Shown: in pieces, positions 56,373 through 64,000 of the stretch | Layout: the number at the start of each line of letters is the position of its first letter | Numbering within the stretch: position 1 is the first letter of the stretch | IMG/VR virus record: IMGVR_UViG_3300042914_003272 | Coordinates: 1-64,000 of that record | Strand: one strand, 5' to 3' | Length of the DNA: 64,000 bases | Source: a virus | Taxonomy: Duplodnaviria; Caudoviricetes | Program-made: the position numbers and the translations under genes | Notes under the pieces: generated by a model | The model's database searches: none | Seen by the model: the letters and a program-made list of their open reading frames with translations, nothing else | Told to the model about the DNA's origin: nothing

Positions 56373-57032
56373 ATGAACATTATCATCATTACGCTCACAG
56401 TTAACTTTGTAGAATCCTTTACTGATATCCCTGGGCAACAACCATTTTCAATTGCTCAGTGTAGTTATCTTCAAACTGACAAAGACGGTAATCCTATAGA
56501 ACACTTTGTGACTATTAAAGGATTTAATAACTCCTACGATAAAACCTCTTCTGGCATTACCTCTGATAGATTAAGTTTATTTAAGCCAGGAATGAAAATG
56601 CTTGTTACAGGTCAATTATTTACTGAGCAAAAAGATAAGGAAACTAAACAAGTTATTGAACAGCCTTATATACTTGCCCATTCAGTTTGTCCAGTTAAGG
56701 CAGAAGTCAATTACAATACCATTTATCTTGCAGGTAAGATGATGAAAATGCCTGAAAAGAGAATTTATGAAAGTGGCAAACTGTCTATCACTACTTCACT
56801 TTTAATTAAGGAAGGGAGGAAGGGGTATTTCTACAACGTCACTGCTTGGAATAAGCAGGGTGAAACAGTAGAAAGATATTGTCGCAAAGGTGAGAATCTT
56901 GGGATTGAAGGCACTTTAGTTTTTGAATCCTGGAATGACAAGACCACTGGTGAACCCAGGACTGGCATTAAGATTACTGCTAATAAAGTGCGACTGATGG
57001 GAAGTAAAGATTCAAAAGATGATGAGTTCTAA
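56373..57032 (+). CDS. ssb: single-stranded DNA-binding protein (two OB folds)
   Basis: NTIYLAG..VTAWNKQGE..YCRKG..IEGTL..SWNDKTTGEPR; acidic DDEF tip. Confidence 0.85.
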   Translation: MNIIIITLTVNFVESFTDIPGQQPFSIAQCSYLQTDKDGNPIEHFVTIKGFNNSYDKTSSGITSDRLSLFKPGMKMLVTGQLFTEQKDKETKQVIEQPYILAHSVCPVKAEVNYNTIYLAGKMMKMPEKRIYESGKLSITTSLLIKEGRKGYFYNVTAWNKQGETVERYCRKGENLGIEGTLVFESWNDKTTGEPRTGIKITANKVRLMGSKDSKDDEF

Positions 57033-57054
57033 GCTTACGCTTTACTAACTGTGA
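57033..57054 (+). promoter_or_regulatory. class A hairpin element (helicase)
   Basis: AAGC-TTAC-GCTT, +11nt TGA. Confidence 0.65.
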
Positions 57055-57126
57055 TGAACAAAATAAGCCCTGTTATAATTAAATTATAGCAGGGTTTTTA
57101 ACTAGCAAAATAAACGAGTGAAAACA

Positions 57127-58758
57127 ATGGCTCAAACAATAAATACTTTAAATACTCTAATAGATTCCGACTACCAGAAAGCGGTTTATAATGCCATAGA
57201 ATACGGTAGTCACAACATCATCGTTGAGGCTCTAGCTGGTAGTGGGAAAACAACTCTAATTAAAAGAAGTTGTGAAATCATCTACAACAAGCAGGGTGTT
57301 AAACCTTTAGCTATTGCGTTTGGTAAACGTATTCAGAAAGAGCTTGAGTTAAAGATTGGCAAGATAGCCCAAGTTCAAACTCTTAACTCCCTTGGGCATG
57401 GATTAGTCCGTAAAGCCCTAAATTATAGAGATTTAGATGTTGATAGGAAAAAGTACCTTCAAATAGCCAGAAAAGTAGTTAAAGACCAGAATGGAACTAC
57501 AGACTGGGAAGTAAATGAAAAGCTGTCTAATGAGTTGTGGGTTCTAACTACATTCTCAATGAAGACCTTAACTGGCACTAAATCCAGAGAAGCTTTAGAA
57601 AAGATGATTCAGGATTACAACCTGGATATCTGTCATCTTAATACTGTAGGAAATTGGTTAGGGTACGTAATCAAAGAAGGGGATAGACTAGCTAAAGAAG
57701 GCTTTCTCTCATTTGAAGACCAACTATTTCTTCCCTACCTATGGAAGCTAAACTCTACCTATAAATATGCTTGGGTATTTGGTGATGAAATGCAGGACGT
57801 TTCTAGTGCAGCACTAGAACTTTTCCTGAAGTTTACTGATGAAAATACTCGTATTCTTGGAGTAGGGGACAGATGGCAGTCTATTATGGGCTTTGCTGGT
57901 GCAAATACAGATGCTTTGGACAGGTTAAAGTATCGCACCAATGCAATATCTTTGCCATTGTCAATCTGTTATAGATGCCCTAAGTCTCACTTGAAATTAG
58001 CACAGAAATTAGTACCATCAATAGAAGCTTCACCTACTGCCATTGAGGGTGTAATAATTGATATTGATTTAAAAGTTAACATGGCAGGGCATTACGACTA
58101 TGAAGAATTACTCCCACATTTAACAGGTGGTGAGTTAATTGTTTGTAGAAAAACCGCACCGTTAATTAGTCTTTGCATTAAACTCATAATTGCCCGTATT
58201 CCTGCAAAAATCATAGCTGGTGACTCTAACCTTGAACAGTCTCTATCAAGTCTTATAGACGACATTTCTAAGGTGTCTGGATTTAGATTTGAAAGATTCC
58301 CAGAGTTTGTAGAAATCTTATTTCAGAGCAGACAGTCCAGGCTAATTGAGCAAGGCGCATTTAAAATAATTGCAAATCTGCGTGATAGGTGTGATGCTTT
58401 GTTAGCTTGCTTTGAGGGATTTGATAATCTGGTTAACATCAAGTCATTGAAAAAATCACTTAGCAATCTATTTCTTGAAAGGCAAGATAGTGTTACCCTT
58501 TCTACCATACACACTGCCAAAGGATTAGAAGCAGAGCGTGTTGTATTCTTGCATCCTGAATTATGCCCTCATACATTTAAGGGGCAAAACAAAGAAAGTT
58601 TACAGCAAGAAAAGAATCTTCAATATGTGGCTCTCACTAGAAGTAAACGCACTTTGATTTTAGCTTGTAGTGGTGGAGTTAAAAAACCTCAATCCAAGAA
58701 GACTGATGATTGTCCAAAAGATTGCCAGAAGTCCAAAGAAGAGGAATTAGATAGTTAG
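57127..58758 (+). CDS. UvrD/Rep-like SF1 helicase
   Basis: ALAGSGKTT, DEMQD, GDRWQSIMGFAGA, YRCP, TIHTAKGLE, YVALTRSK. Confidence 0.92.
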   Translation: MAQTINTLNTLIDSDYQKAVYNAIEYGSHNIIVEALAGSGKTTLIKRSCEIIYNKQGVKPLAIAFGKRIQKELELKIGKIAQVQTLNSLGHGLVRKALNYRDLDVDRKKYLQIARKVVKDQNGTTDWEVNEKLSNELWVLTTFSMKTLTGTKSREALEKMIQDYNLDICHLNTVGNWLGYVIKEGDRLAKEGFLSFEDQLFLPYLWKLNSTYKYAWVFGDEMQDVSSAALELFLKFTDENTRILGVGDRWQSIMGFAGANTDALDRLKYRTNAISLPLSICYRCPKSHLKLAQKLVPSIEASPTAIEGVIIDIDLKVNMAGHYDYEELLPHLTGGELIVCRKTAPLISLCIKLIIARIPAKIIAGDSNLEQSLSSLIDDISKVSGFRFERFPEFVEILFQSRQSRLIEQGAFKIIANLRDRCDALLACFEGFDNLVNIKSLKKSLSNLFLERQDSVTLSTIHTAKGLEAERVVFLHPELCPHTFKGQNKESLQQEKNLQYVALTRSKRTLILACSGGVKKPQSKKTDDCPKDCQKSKEEELDS

Positions 58759-58789
58759 CAAAGAATATAAGTTAATTTGTTAACACCTT

Positions 58790-58825
58790 TCATAATCATT
58801 GGGGCAATCGCCCCTTTGATTTTGA
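58790..58825. promoter_or_regulatory. class A hairpin element, bidirectional
   Basis: GGGGC-AATC-GCCCC, TGA at 11 nt on both strands. Confidence 0.7.
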
Positions 58826-58865
58826 TGTACAATGTTTACTAGCAAAATAAACAGAATCAATAGTT

Positions 58866-59483
58866 ATGAGAAACTTAAAAGATTGGTTAGGGCATAAAGT
58901 ATTAGTCCTGGGAATTGTTAATAAGATAGAACCAAATAGCTACTGTATTACCAACGTCAGAGTTAAGGAATATTCTCTTAATCCTGAAATTAGAGAAATA
59001 CACCACATTAATACTTTCTTTACTGAACGTGAAATGGAAGTTTATGATGACTTGAAGAAAACTCACCCTAAAAAAATTCCCAGACTAAATGAGAAAGTAG
59101 GGTTTGTTGGTAGAGTTATTAAGTATACTAGAAGGAATGGAACTGAAGATTATGGGATACAAAGTATTCCTACTATTTCTTTTACGGTTACTGGCAAAAA
59201 AGGAACTAAAATGCCTGCCAAAGAGAGGGAAAAGTTAGTATTAGAGATGATGGCGTTACTCAGAAAAAAGGAAATCTTTTACGACTTTGAAAAACAAAGT
59301 TATGAAAAACATCTCAGTGAGTTAAATGAGATTCTAAAACACATTCGTTGGGAGTTAGCAATTCTCAGATACTCTCATGATAAAGCTATCGAATCTATGA
59401 AGAAAACCCGTAGAGGCAACCTCAATCCTGACCCTGTTAAGTTTAAATCCCGTAGGCTAAAAAATGTTTGTGGGTTTAAATAG
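58866..59483 (+). CDS. hypothetical protein (OB-fold-like)
   Basis: 205-aa basic ORF, class A upstream. Confidence 0.55.
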   Translation: MRNLKDWLGHKVLVLGIVNKIEPNSYCITNVRVKEYSLNPEIREIHHINTFFTEREMEVYDDLKKTHPKKIPRLNEKVGFVGRVIKYTRRNGTEDYGIQSIPTISFTVTGKKGTKMPAKEREKLVLEMMALLRKKEIFYDFEKQSYEKHLSELNEILKHIRWELAILRYSHDKAIESMKKTRRGNLNPDPVKFKSRRLKNVCGFK

Positions 59484-59491
59484 CCAAGAAG

Positions 59492-59513
59492 GCTAACGCC
59501 TTAATAGTAGTGG
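59492..59513 (+). promoter_or_regulatory. class A hairpin element
   Basis: +11nt TGG. Confidence 0.65.
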
Positions 59514-59558
59514 AGTAACTAAAGGTAATTATGACTGAGGGTAAATATTGTATCAACC

Positions 59559-59900
59559 ATGAAAACTAAACTGGTAATTGACTGCACAATCAAAGGTAAT
59601 TTGTATCAACAAACGGTCAATGACCTCATTGACTTAGACAAGTTTATAGCCACACATCAAGCTCCTGAATACTTATTCTTTCATCCTGAGTACACAGCTT
59701 CCTTTAAGTTGTGTACAAAAGACATCTCACGATACTATTGTGAGTTTGCAGTGGCTGATAGAAAGTATGAGATTAAAACTCTGCAAACTTTATTGTTTTG
59801 TTTAGGTGATAATGTAGATGTTAAGGGTATTCCCTTGTTCTTTCAAATAGGGAATAGTTTGTTTGAAGTGAGTGCTAATGGGCTAACGCCCAACTGGTAG
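59559..59900 (+). CDS. hypothetical protein
   Basis: Class A upstream. Confidence 0.5.
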   Translation: MKTKLVIDCTIKGNLYQQTVNDLIDLDKFIATHQAPEYLFFHPEYTASFKLCTKDISRYYCEFAVADRKYEIKTLQTLLFCLGDNVDVKGIPLFFQIGNSLFEVSANGLTPNW

Positions 59901-59903
59901 TGA
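59882..59903 (+). promoter_or_regulatory. class A hairpin element
   Basis: TGGGC-TAAC-GCCCA, +11nt TGA. Confidence 0.7.
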
Positions 59904-59925
59904 TGTAGTTTTAAAGGTGAACGAA

Positions 59926-60330
59926 ATGGGATTTGATATCAAAGCTCACATTGAGGTTAAGATTGACAAACAATGGCATCACTACTCTTGTCCGTCAATT
60001 CTCAGGAATTACGAGTTAATGGATTTTCTAGGTGCGGAAAATTTATACCACTACAATCGGTTTAAAGCTAAAGGTTTGCCTGAAGACATCTCTGTAGTCA
60101 CCCGTATTGCCTACAATAAAGACACAACCAACTTATTCAACCCTTCTTGGCTTACTCCCGATGAGTTGAAGATAGTCTCTAGCAAATTTCCACAATTAGA
60201 CCCATTCAATATTATGCGAGGTAATGAGTTGGGATACCTTTTCGACAATTCAGTCGAAAGGTTTTACCAATACCGGGAAGATTACCCTCAAGAAATTGAG
60301 GACGTAAGGATAGTATTTTGGTTTAAATAA
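59926..60330 (+). CDS. conserved phage hypothetical protein
   Basis: MG.DI..HIE..RNY.L..GLPEDIS..SWLT..EL..RIVFWF family pattern. Confidence 0.65.
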   Translation: MGFDIKAHIEVKIDKQWHHYSCPSILRNYELMDFLGAENLYHYNRFKAKGLPEDISVVTRIAYNKDTTNLFNPSWLTPDELKIVSSKFPQLDPFNIMRGNELGYLFDNSVERFYQYREDYPQEIEDVRIVFWFK

Positions 60331-60374
60331 TTAGGGCTAGGAGTGAGTTATTTAATTTAACTCACTCACACTGC

Positions 60375-60722
60375 ATGAAGCAGACGTTTACCCATCAAAC
60401 TAGTTTTCCTTTAGGAGTAGGAGTAGTTATGGATTTTACAAAATTAAAAACATTAAAGGAAATCACCAACAAGGCAAATAAGGTTACGCATTGGACGCCC
60501 ATCCGAGGAGGTATCGAATACATAAACAATCTTCAGTCCCAATATGTTGCTGACACAGAACAGAAGGTGTTTGAGGACTACCAAGACATACAGGATTGGG
60601 ATTTTTCAGATTATGAGTTGGCTCAAAATGTTGTTCCTGGAGAAGTTTACAACTTACCTCCTAATGCAGTAATTATTGAAAACAGTGAAGACGGTACATT
60701 GTTTGCTGTATCTTTTGAGTAG
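60375..60722 (+). CDS. hypothetical protein
   Basis: True start probably MDFTK after AGGAG. Confidence 0.55.
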   Translation: MKQTFTHQTSFPLGVGVVMDFTKLKTLKEITNKANKVTHWTPIRGGIEYINNLQSQYVADTEQKVFEDYQDIQDWDFSDYELAQNVVPGEVYNLPPNAVIIENSEDGTLFAVSFE

Positions 60723-60737
60723 TCTTAGGAAACAACG

Positions 60738-60759
60738 GCTAACGCCTTACTAGTCTTGG
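60738..60759 (+). promoter_or_regulatory. class A hairpin element
   Basis: +11nt TGG. Confidence 0.65.
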
Positions 60760-61136
60760 AGATAACCATTTTCTTGATGTCGAGAAAATGGTTTAAATCG
60801 GTACTAAATAAATTAGGAGTAGTTGAGAAAGTGTTTACAAGAAAACAATACATGGCAAATGAATGTACTCACCGCGAGTATTATGGTCAATTTGTGACTG
60901 ATGAGATTAAACAAGCAGTGTTAAGGGTGTTTTCCAGGGAGAAATTAGTTCATGCTTTTAAGAAAGATGAAGATTTTAATACTCTGCCTTTACACCAGTG
61001 GGATTTCATACCTTATGAGTTCTCTGAATTTGCTAAAGCAATGAAAGAGGCTAACGGTAATAGTAGTATCTCTCTAAGTGATTGCGTTTGCACTTCTAAG
61101 GAAGCTGCTAGACAAATCATAGAAGAAATCGAATAA
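60756..61136 (+). CDS. hypothetical protein
   Basis: Class A upstream; true start likely internal. Confidence 0.55.
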   Translation: MEITIFLMSRKWFKSVLNKLGVVEKVFTRKQYMANECTHREYYGQFVTDEIKQAVLRVFSREKLVHAFKKDEDFNTLPLHQWDFIPYEFSEFAKAMKEANGNSSISLSDCVCTSKEAARQIIEEIE

Positions 61137-61192
61137 GTTCTGCATAAACATGACATATCAACAACCCAAGCAAAGTATCAAGGAGTATTATC

Positions 61193-61498
61193 ATGTCTAA
61201 CTCATTTGACTATAAATTCAATGGCTCTTTGCAGAAAGAACTGCCAGCAATAGAAATCATCGAGGATGATGCCATGAAAAATGCAACTACAGTCCTATTT
61301 GATAACAAGGATAAAAAATATATTCAAATACTAGGGACTAAGGTAGAGACTGATTTAGTTGGTGGGAAAAGACAGGAAATTGAATGGACAAAAACCCCCA
61401 ATAAAGAAGAGGCAACAAGATTTTCTGCTGATGCAGCCAGAATTGCACAAGAAAAAACAGTAGGCTACAGCAACACCATAAGTCATTTATTGGCATAA
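61193..61498 (+). CDS. hypothetical protein
   Basis: AGGAG RBS. Confidence 0.55.
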   Translation: MSNSFDYKFNGSLQKELPAIEIIEDDAMKNATTVLFDNKDKKYIQILGTKVETDLVGGKRQEIEWTKTPNKEEATRFSADAARIAQEKTVGYSNTISHLLA

Positions 61499-61548
61499 TG
61501 TCTAGAAAGTCAGAGAGCGTTATGCCCTCTGTCTCCCCGGATTACAAA

Positions 61549-61586
61549 GCCGAACTCGAAAAACTCTCCCTAGAGTTCGGCTGTTT
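61549..61586. terminator. hairpin between convergent genes
   Basis: AGCCGAACTC...GAGTTCGGCT. Confidence 0.5.
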
Positions 61587-61647
61587 ATGGGGTGAAAATC
61601 CCAATCACTGAAGAACTGAGCAAGCTTGTCCTAGAAACTGACCTAGA

Positions 61648-62997
61648 TTACCAGGTCTGCTGAACCATATTTTTAAACTGAGTATATTCAGCATCGAACA
61701 ACAACTTTACAGTTCCTGTTGGTCCATTTCTGTGTTTAGCAATTATAATCTCTGCTAAACCCTTATCCATGGTTTCGGAATTGTAATACTCATCCCTGTA
61801 CAAAAACATTGCTATATCTGCTTCTTGCTCAATACTTCCGCTTTCACGTAAGTCACTTAGCATAGGACGTTTATTTGTTCTTGCTTCTACGGCACGACTT
61901 AATTGAGATAGAGCTATAACAGGACAATGGAGTTCTCTAGCCATTTGTTTTAACATTCTAGTGATGTATGACAATTCACTTACCCTGTTGTCTTTCCCAT
62001 CAAATCTAGGGTCAGACATTAGTTGTAGGTAATCTATCATTACCAAACCAAGTTGCCCTTGTTCACTGGCTAAACTACGGCATTGGCTGTTAATAACTCC
62101 AACACTAACATTACCAGTATCACAGATGTGAATGTTGGGACTTATATTCCTGGTAGCAAGTTGTAAACTATCCCATTGTTCTTTAGTTAATTTCCCCGTC
62201 TTCAATGCAATAGATGGAACTTTTGCATCAGCACCTTGCATTCTATTTACTAATTGTTCTTTACTCATTTCCAGAGAAAAGATAGCAACAGGTAAATTGT
62301 GTTGGGTGGCAATATACTTGGAAATATTTACCGCAATTGCTGTTTTTCCCATACTTGGTCTACCAGCAACTATGATTAAATCACTTCTCTGGAATCCCGC
62401 AGTCATGGCATCTAAATCATAGAAACCACAGGGAATACCAGGAGGAATTAAACCATTGGCAACATTAATTGTGTGGTTAAAATTCACCGCAGCAATGGTG
62501 TTAGCGTTGGTAAAAATGGCTTTTCTACCTGATTGAGTAACAGCATAAATCTTCTGTTCTGCTATATTTTTTACCTCATCAATAGATAAATCGGTTTGAT
62601 GTCCTAATTGAATTAACTCATTTCCAGTTTTGATAAGTTGCCTACGGTCATATTTTTCTATTACTAATTCTGCCAAGGCATCAATATTAACAGCACAAAC
62701 TACGCTGTCTGTCAATGTTGCCAGTTTATTCCTACCACCAATCCTCATTAATTTATCGTGGTCAGTCAACCAACTTGTTATTGATAATAAATCCGTTGGT
62801 TTACCTTGAGAGTGTAAAACTACAGCAGCATCGTAAATAATGCCGTGGTCACTAAGGTAAAACATTTCAGGACGTAGTTTATCTATTACCCTAGAAATTG
62901 CATCTGGGTCTAATAAAATACCACCTAGAATCGCTGCTTCTGCTTCCATGTTTTGTGGGGGTAAAGACGGATTACCACTAAAGTTTAGTTTTGACAT
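61648..62997 (-). CDS. dnaB: replicative DNA helicase DnaB
   Basis: PPQNMEAE, AGRPSMGKT, FSLEMS, IDYLQL, LSQLSR, RPMLSDLRESGSIEQ, KHRNGPTG; no intein. Confidence 0.96.
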   Translation of the reverse strand: MSKLNFSGNPSLPPQNMEAEAAILGGILLDPDAISRVIDKLRPEMFYLSDHGIIYDAAVVLHSQGKPTDLLSITSWLTDHDKLMRIGGRNKLATLTDSVVCAVNIDALAELVIEKYDRRQLIKTGNELIQLGHQTDLSIDEVKNIAEQKIYAVTQSGRKAIFTNANTIAAVNFNHTINVANGLIPPGIPCGFYDLDAMTAGFQRSDLIIVAGRPSMGKTAIAVNISKYIATQHNLPVAIFSLEMSKEQLVNRMQGADAKVPSIALKTGKLTKEQWDSLQLATRNISPNIHICDTGNVSVGVINSQCRSLASEQGQLGLVMIDYLQLMSDPRFDGKDNRVSELSYITRMLKQMARELHCPVIALSQLSRAVEARTNKRPMLSDLRESGSIEQEADIAMFLYRDEYYNSETMDKGLAEIIIAKHRNGPTGTVKLLFDAEYTQFKNMVQQTW

Positions 62998-63091
62998 AAC
63001 TGTTAACCTGTTTATTTTGCTATTAAATCTTCAATGCCAATAAGGCAATAGCCTATGATGTTTAATTCATAGGCTACTATAAATAGTATAA

Positions 63092-63295
63092 TTACTCTTG
63101 AGGAGTGGGTGGTGCTATTCCAGCAATCCTTTTAGCATCTAAAAAGATTATCTTTGCATTGATATTGTTGGCTCTTTGTTGTTCTTCCAAAATACTTACA
63201 AGTTCATTTTGATTCATAGGTGCTTTTGACTTAACAGTGGTAGTGCCTTGATAGCCTTCACTGTCTTTGTAGTGAACTATGTAGGTTACAGCCAT
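63092..63295 (-). CDS. hypothetical protein
   Basis: AGGAG RBS. Confidence 0.55.
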   Translation of the reverse strand: MAVTYIVHYKDSEGYQGTTTVKSKAPMNQNELVSILEEQQRANNINAKIIFLDAKRIAGIAPPTPQE

Positions 63296-63356
63296 TTTCT
63301 TTTCTCCTGTTAGTTGGTAAAATTTAGCAAACGAAATGTTTGTTTAGAAACCTCAC

Positions 63357-63995
63357 TTACGCCACATTCCTTAAATTACTCAATACTTTGTTTTTGTCTG
63401 CAAGCATATTGGGGAAATTGTCAGGGAATGTTTTACTAATCCACAATTCCCAGACATCTATCTCAGCTTGAGATTTGGTGTAATGGAACTTAGATAAGTC
63501 ACATTTACATTCCAAATATTCTTTGTATTGAGTTTTTACCCAAGCCCAAGAGGTTTTAACCCATGAAGGAAGATTATCTATTTCCTTCAACACTCTAGCG
63601 GCGTTAGCCGCAGGTGATGTGGTGTACTCCTGGAAATCCAACATCATGGCTTCAATTAAAGCTAAACCCTGCTCATCATATTCTCGTTTAGCAAGCCATA
63701 TCATAACTTGACCAGAAGTAATTTCTTTGCCTTCGTAATGCGGTGTCCTGGGTAGATAAACTTCTTTAAGGTATTTAACTACGTCAGGTTTATATTGGTG
63801 TTTGCCAAGACTAGTCCTCCAAGGCTGCAAGGGTTTAGGCTTCCATTTGTCCTCAAACTTCTGGGTAGAAGAATAAGTGTTTTGTAGTGGAAGTGGTTGG
63901 TATTCTAGAGGTACTGAGGGTGGAAGTGTTGGTATTGAATCTACTACTGGAAACTCCTGTAGTGGACTAGCCATCTCGCGCACAGGGAAATCCAA
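63357..63995 (-). CDS. hypothetical protein, probably 5'-partial (possible replication protein)
   Basis: Runs to window edge, upstream of dnaB. Confidence 0.45.
   Translation of the reverse strand: MDFPVREMASPLQEFPVVDSIPTLPPSVPLEYQPLPLQNTYSSTQKFEDKWKPKPLQPWRTSLGKHQYKPDVVKYLKEVYLPRTPHYEGKEITSGQVMIWLAKREYDEQGLALIEAMMLDFQEYTTSPAANAARVLKEIDNLPSWVKTSWAWVKTQYKEYLECKCDLSKFHYTKSQAEIDVWELWISKTFPDNFPNMLADKNKVLSNLRNVA
63587..63608 (-). promoter_or_regulatory. class A element on minus strand pointing at dnaB
   Basis: Minus strand GCGGC-TAAC-GCCGC, +11nt TGA. Confidence 0.65.
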
Positions 63996-64000
63996 TACTG

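Noticed and set aside
659-62422. Short shadow ORFs in the track (e.g. 659, 1091, 1124, 1987, 9711, 11334, 20324, 34596, 35650, 36636, 37208, 38419, 46735, 51192, 62132)
   Set aside because: Nested in or antisense to longer, better supported genes.
5587-63608. Hairpin elements as passive HIP1/small dispersed repeat insertions or ordinary terminators
   Set aside because: HIP1 resemblance noted, but strict orientation, upstream position, fixed downstream box and mostly absent U-tract argue otherwise; a shared origin is not excluded.
1-64000. tRNA, rRNA, IS elements, inteins, integrase, reverse transcriptase/DGR
   Set aside because: None recognised by eye; dnaB and terL are uninterrupted. tRNAscan/Infernal would be needed to exclude small RNAs.

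Overview
64 kb of an AT-rich tailed dsDNA phage, most likely a cyanophage of a filamentous host (inferred from the cyanobacterial-type DnaB and SigF/SigB-like sigma factor). Minus strand: virion genes (tail/receptor-like proteins, a major capsid protein split by a 265-nt group I intron, scaffold overlapping the portal, terminase, many Gly/Ala-rich ejection-like proteins), a truncated sigma factor, dCTP deaminase and DnaB. Plus strand: an array of small early genes, an HNH endonuclease, SSB, a UvrD-like helicase and an 803-aa single-chain two-barrel (YonO/RdRP-like, DxDGD) RNA polymerase. The most striking unannotated signal is a window-wide set of about 44 mini-hairpin elements in two classes. 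Class A is a GC-N4-GC hairpin followed by exactly 11 nt and then TGR (27 hairpins, several bidirectional). Class B is TTTTATG-stem-GCTACGC-stem, 13-16 nt, then YGTARTT (17 copies; the template strand reads GC-GTA-GC, the N4-type GNA triloop). They sit upstream of genes and show compensatory stem changes, so they are candidate hairpin promoters for the phage two-barrel polymerase. Also seen: a candidate structured ncRNA, a duplicated promoter-hairpin unit, two further upstream motifs and iteron-like repeats. All calls are by eye; no database searches were run.
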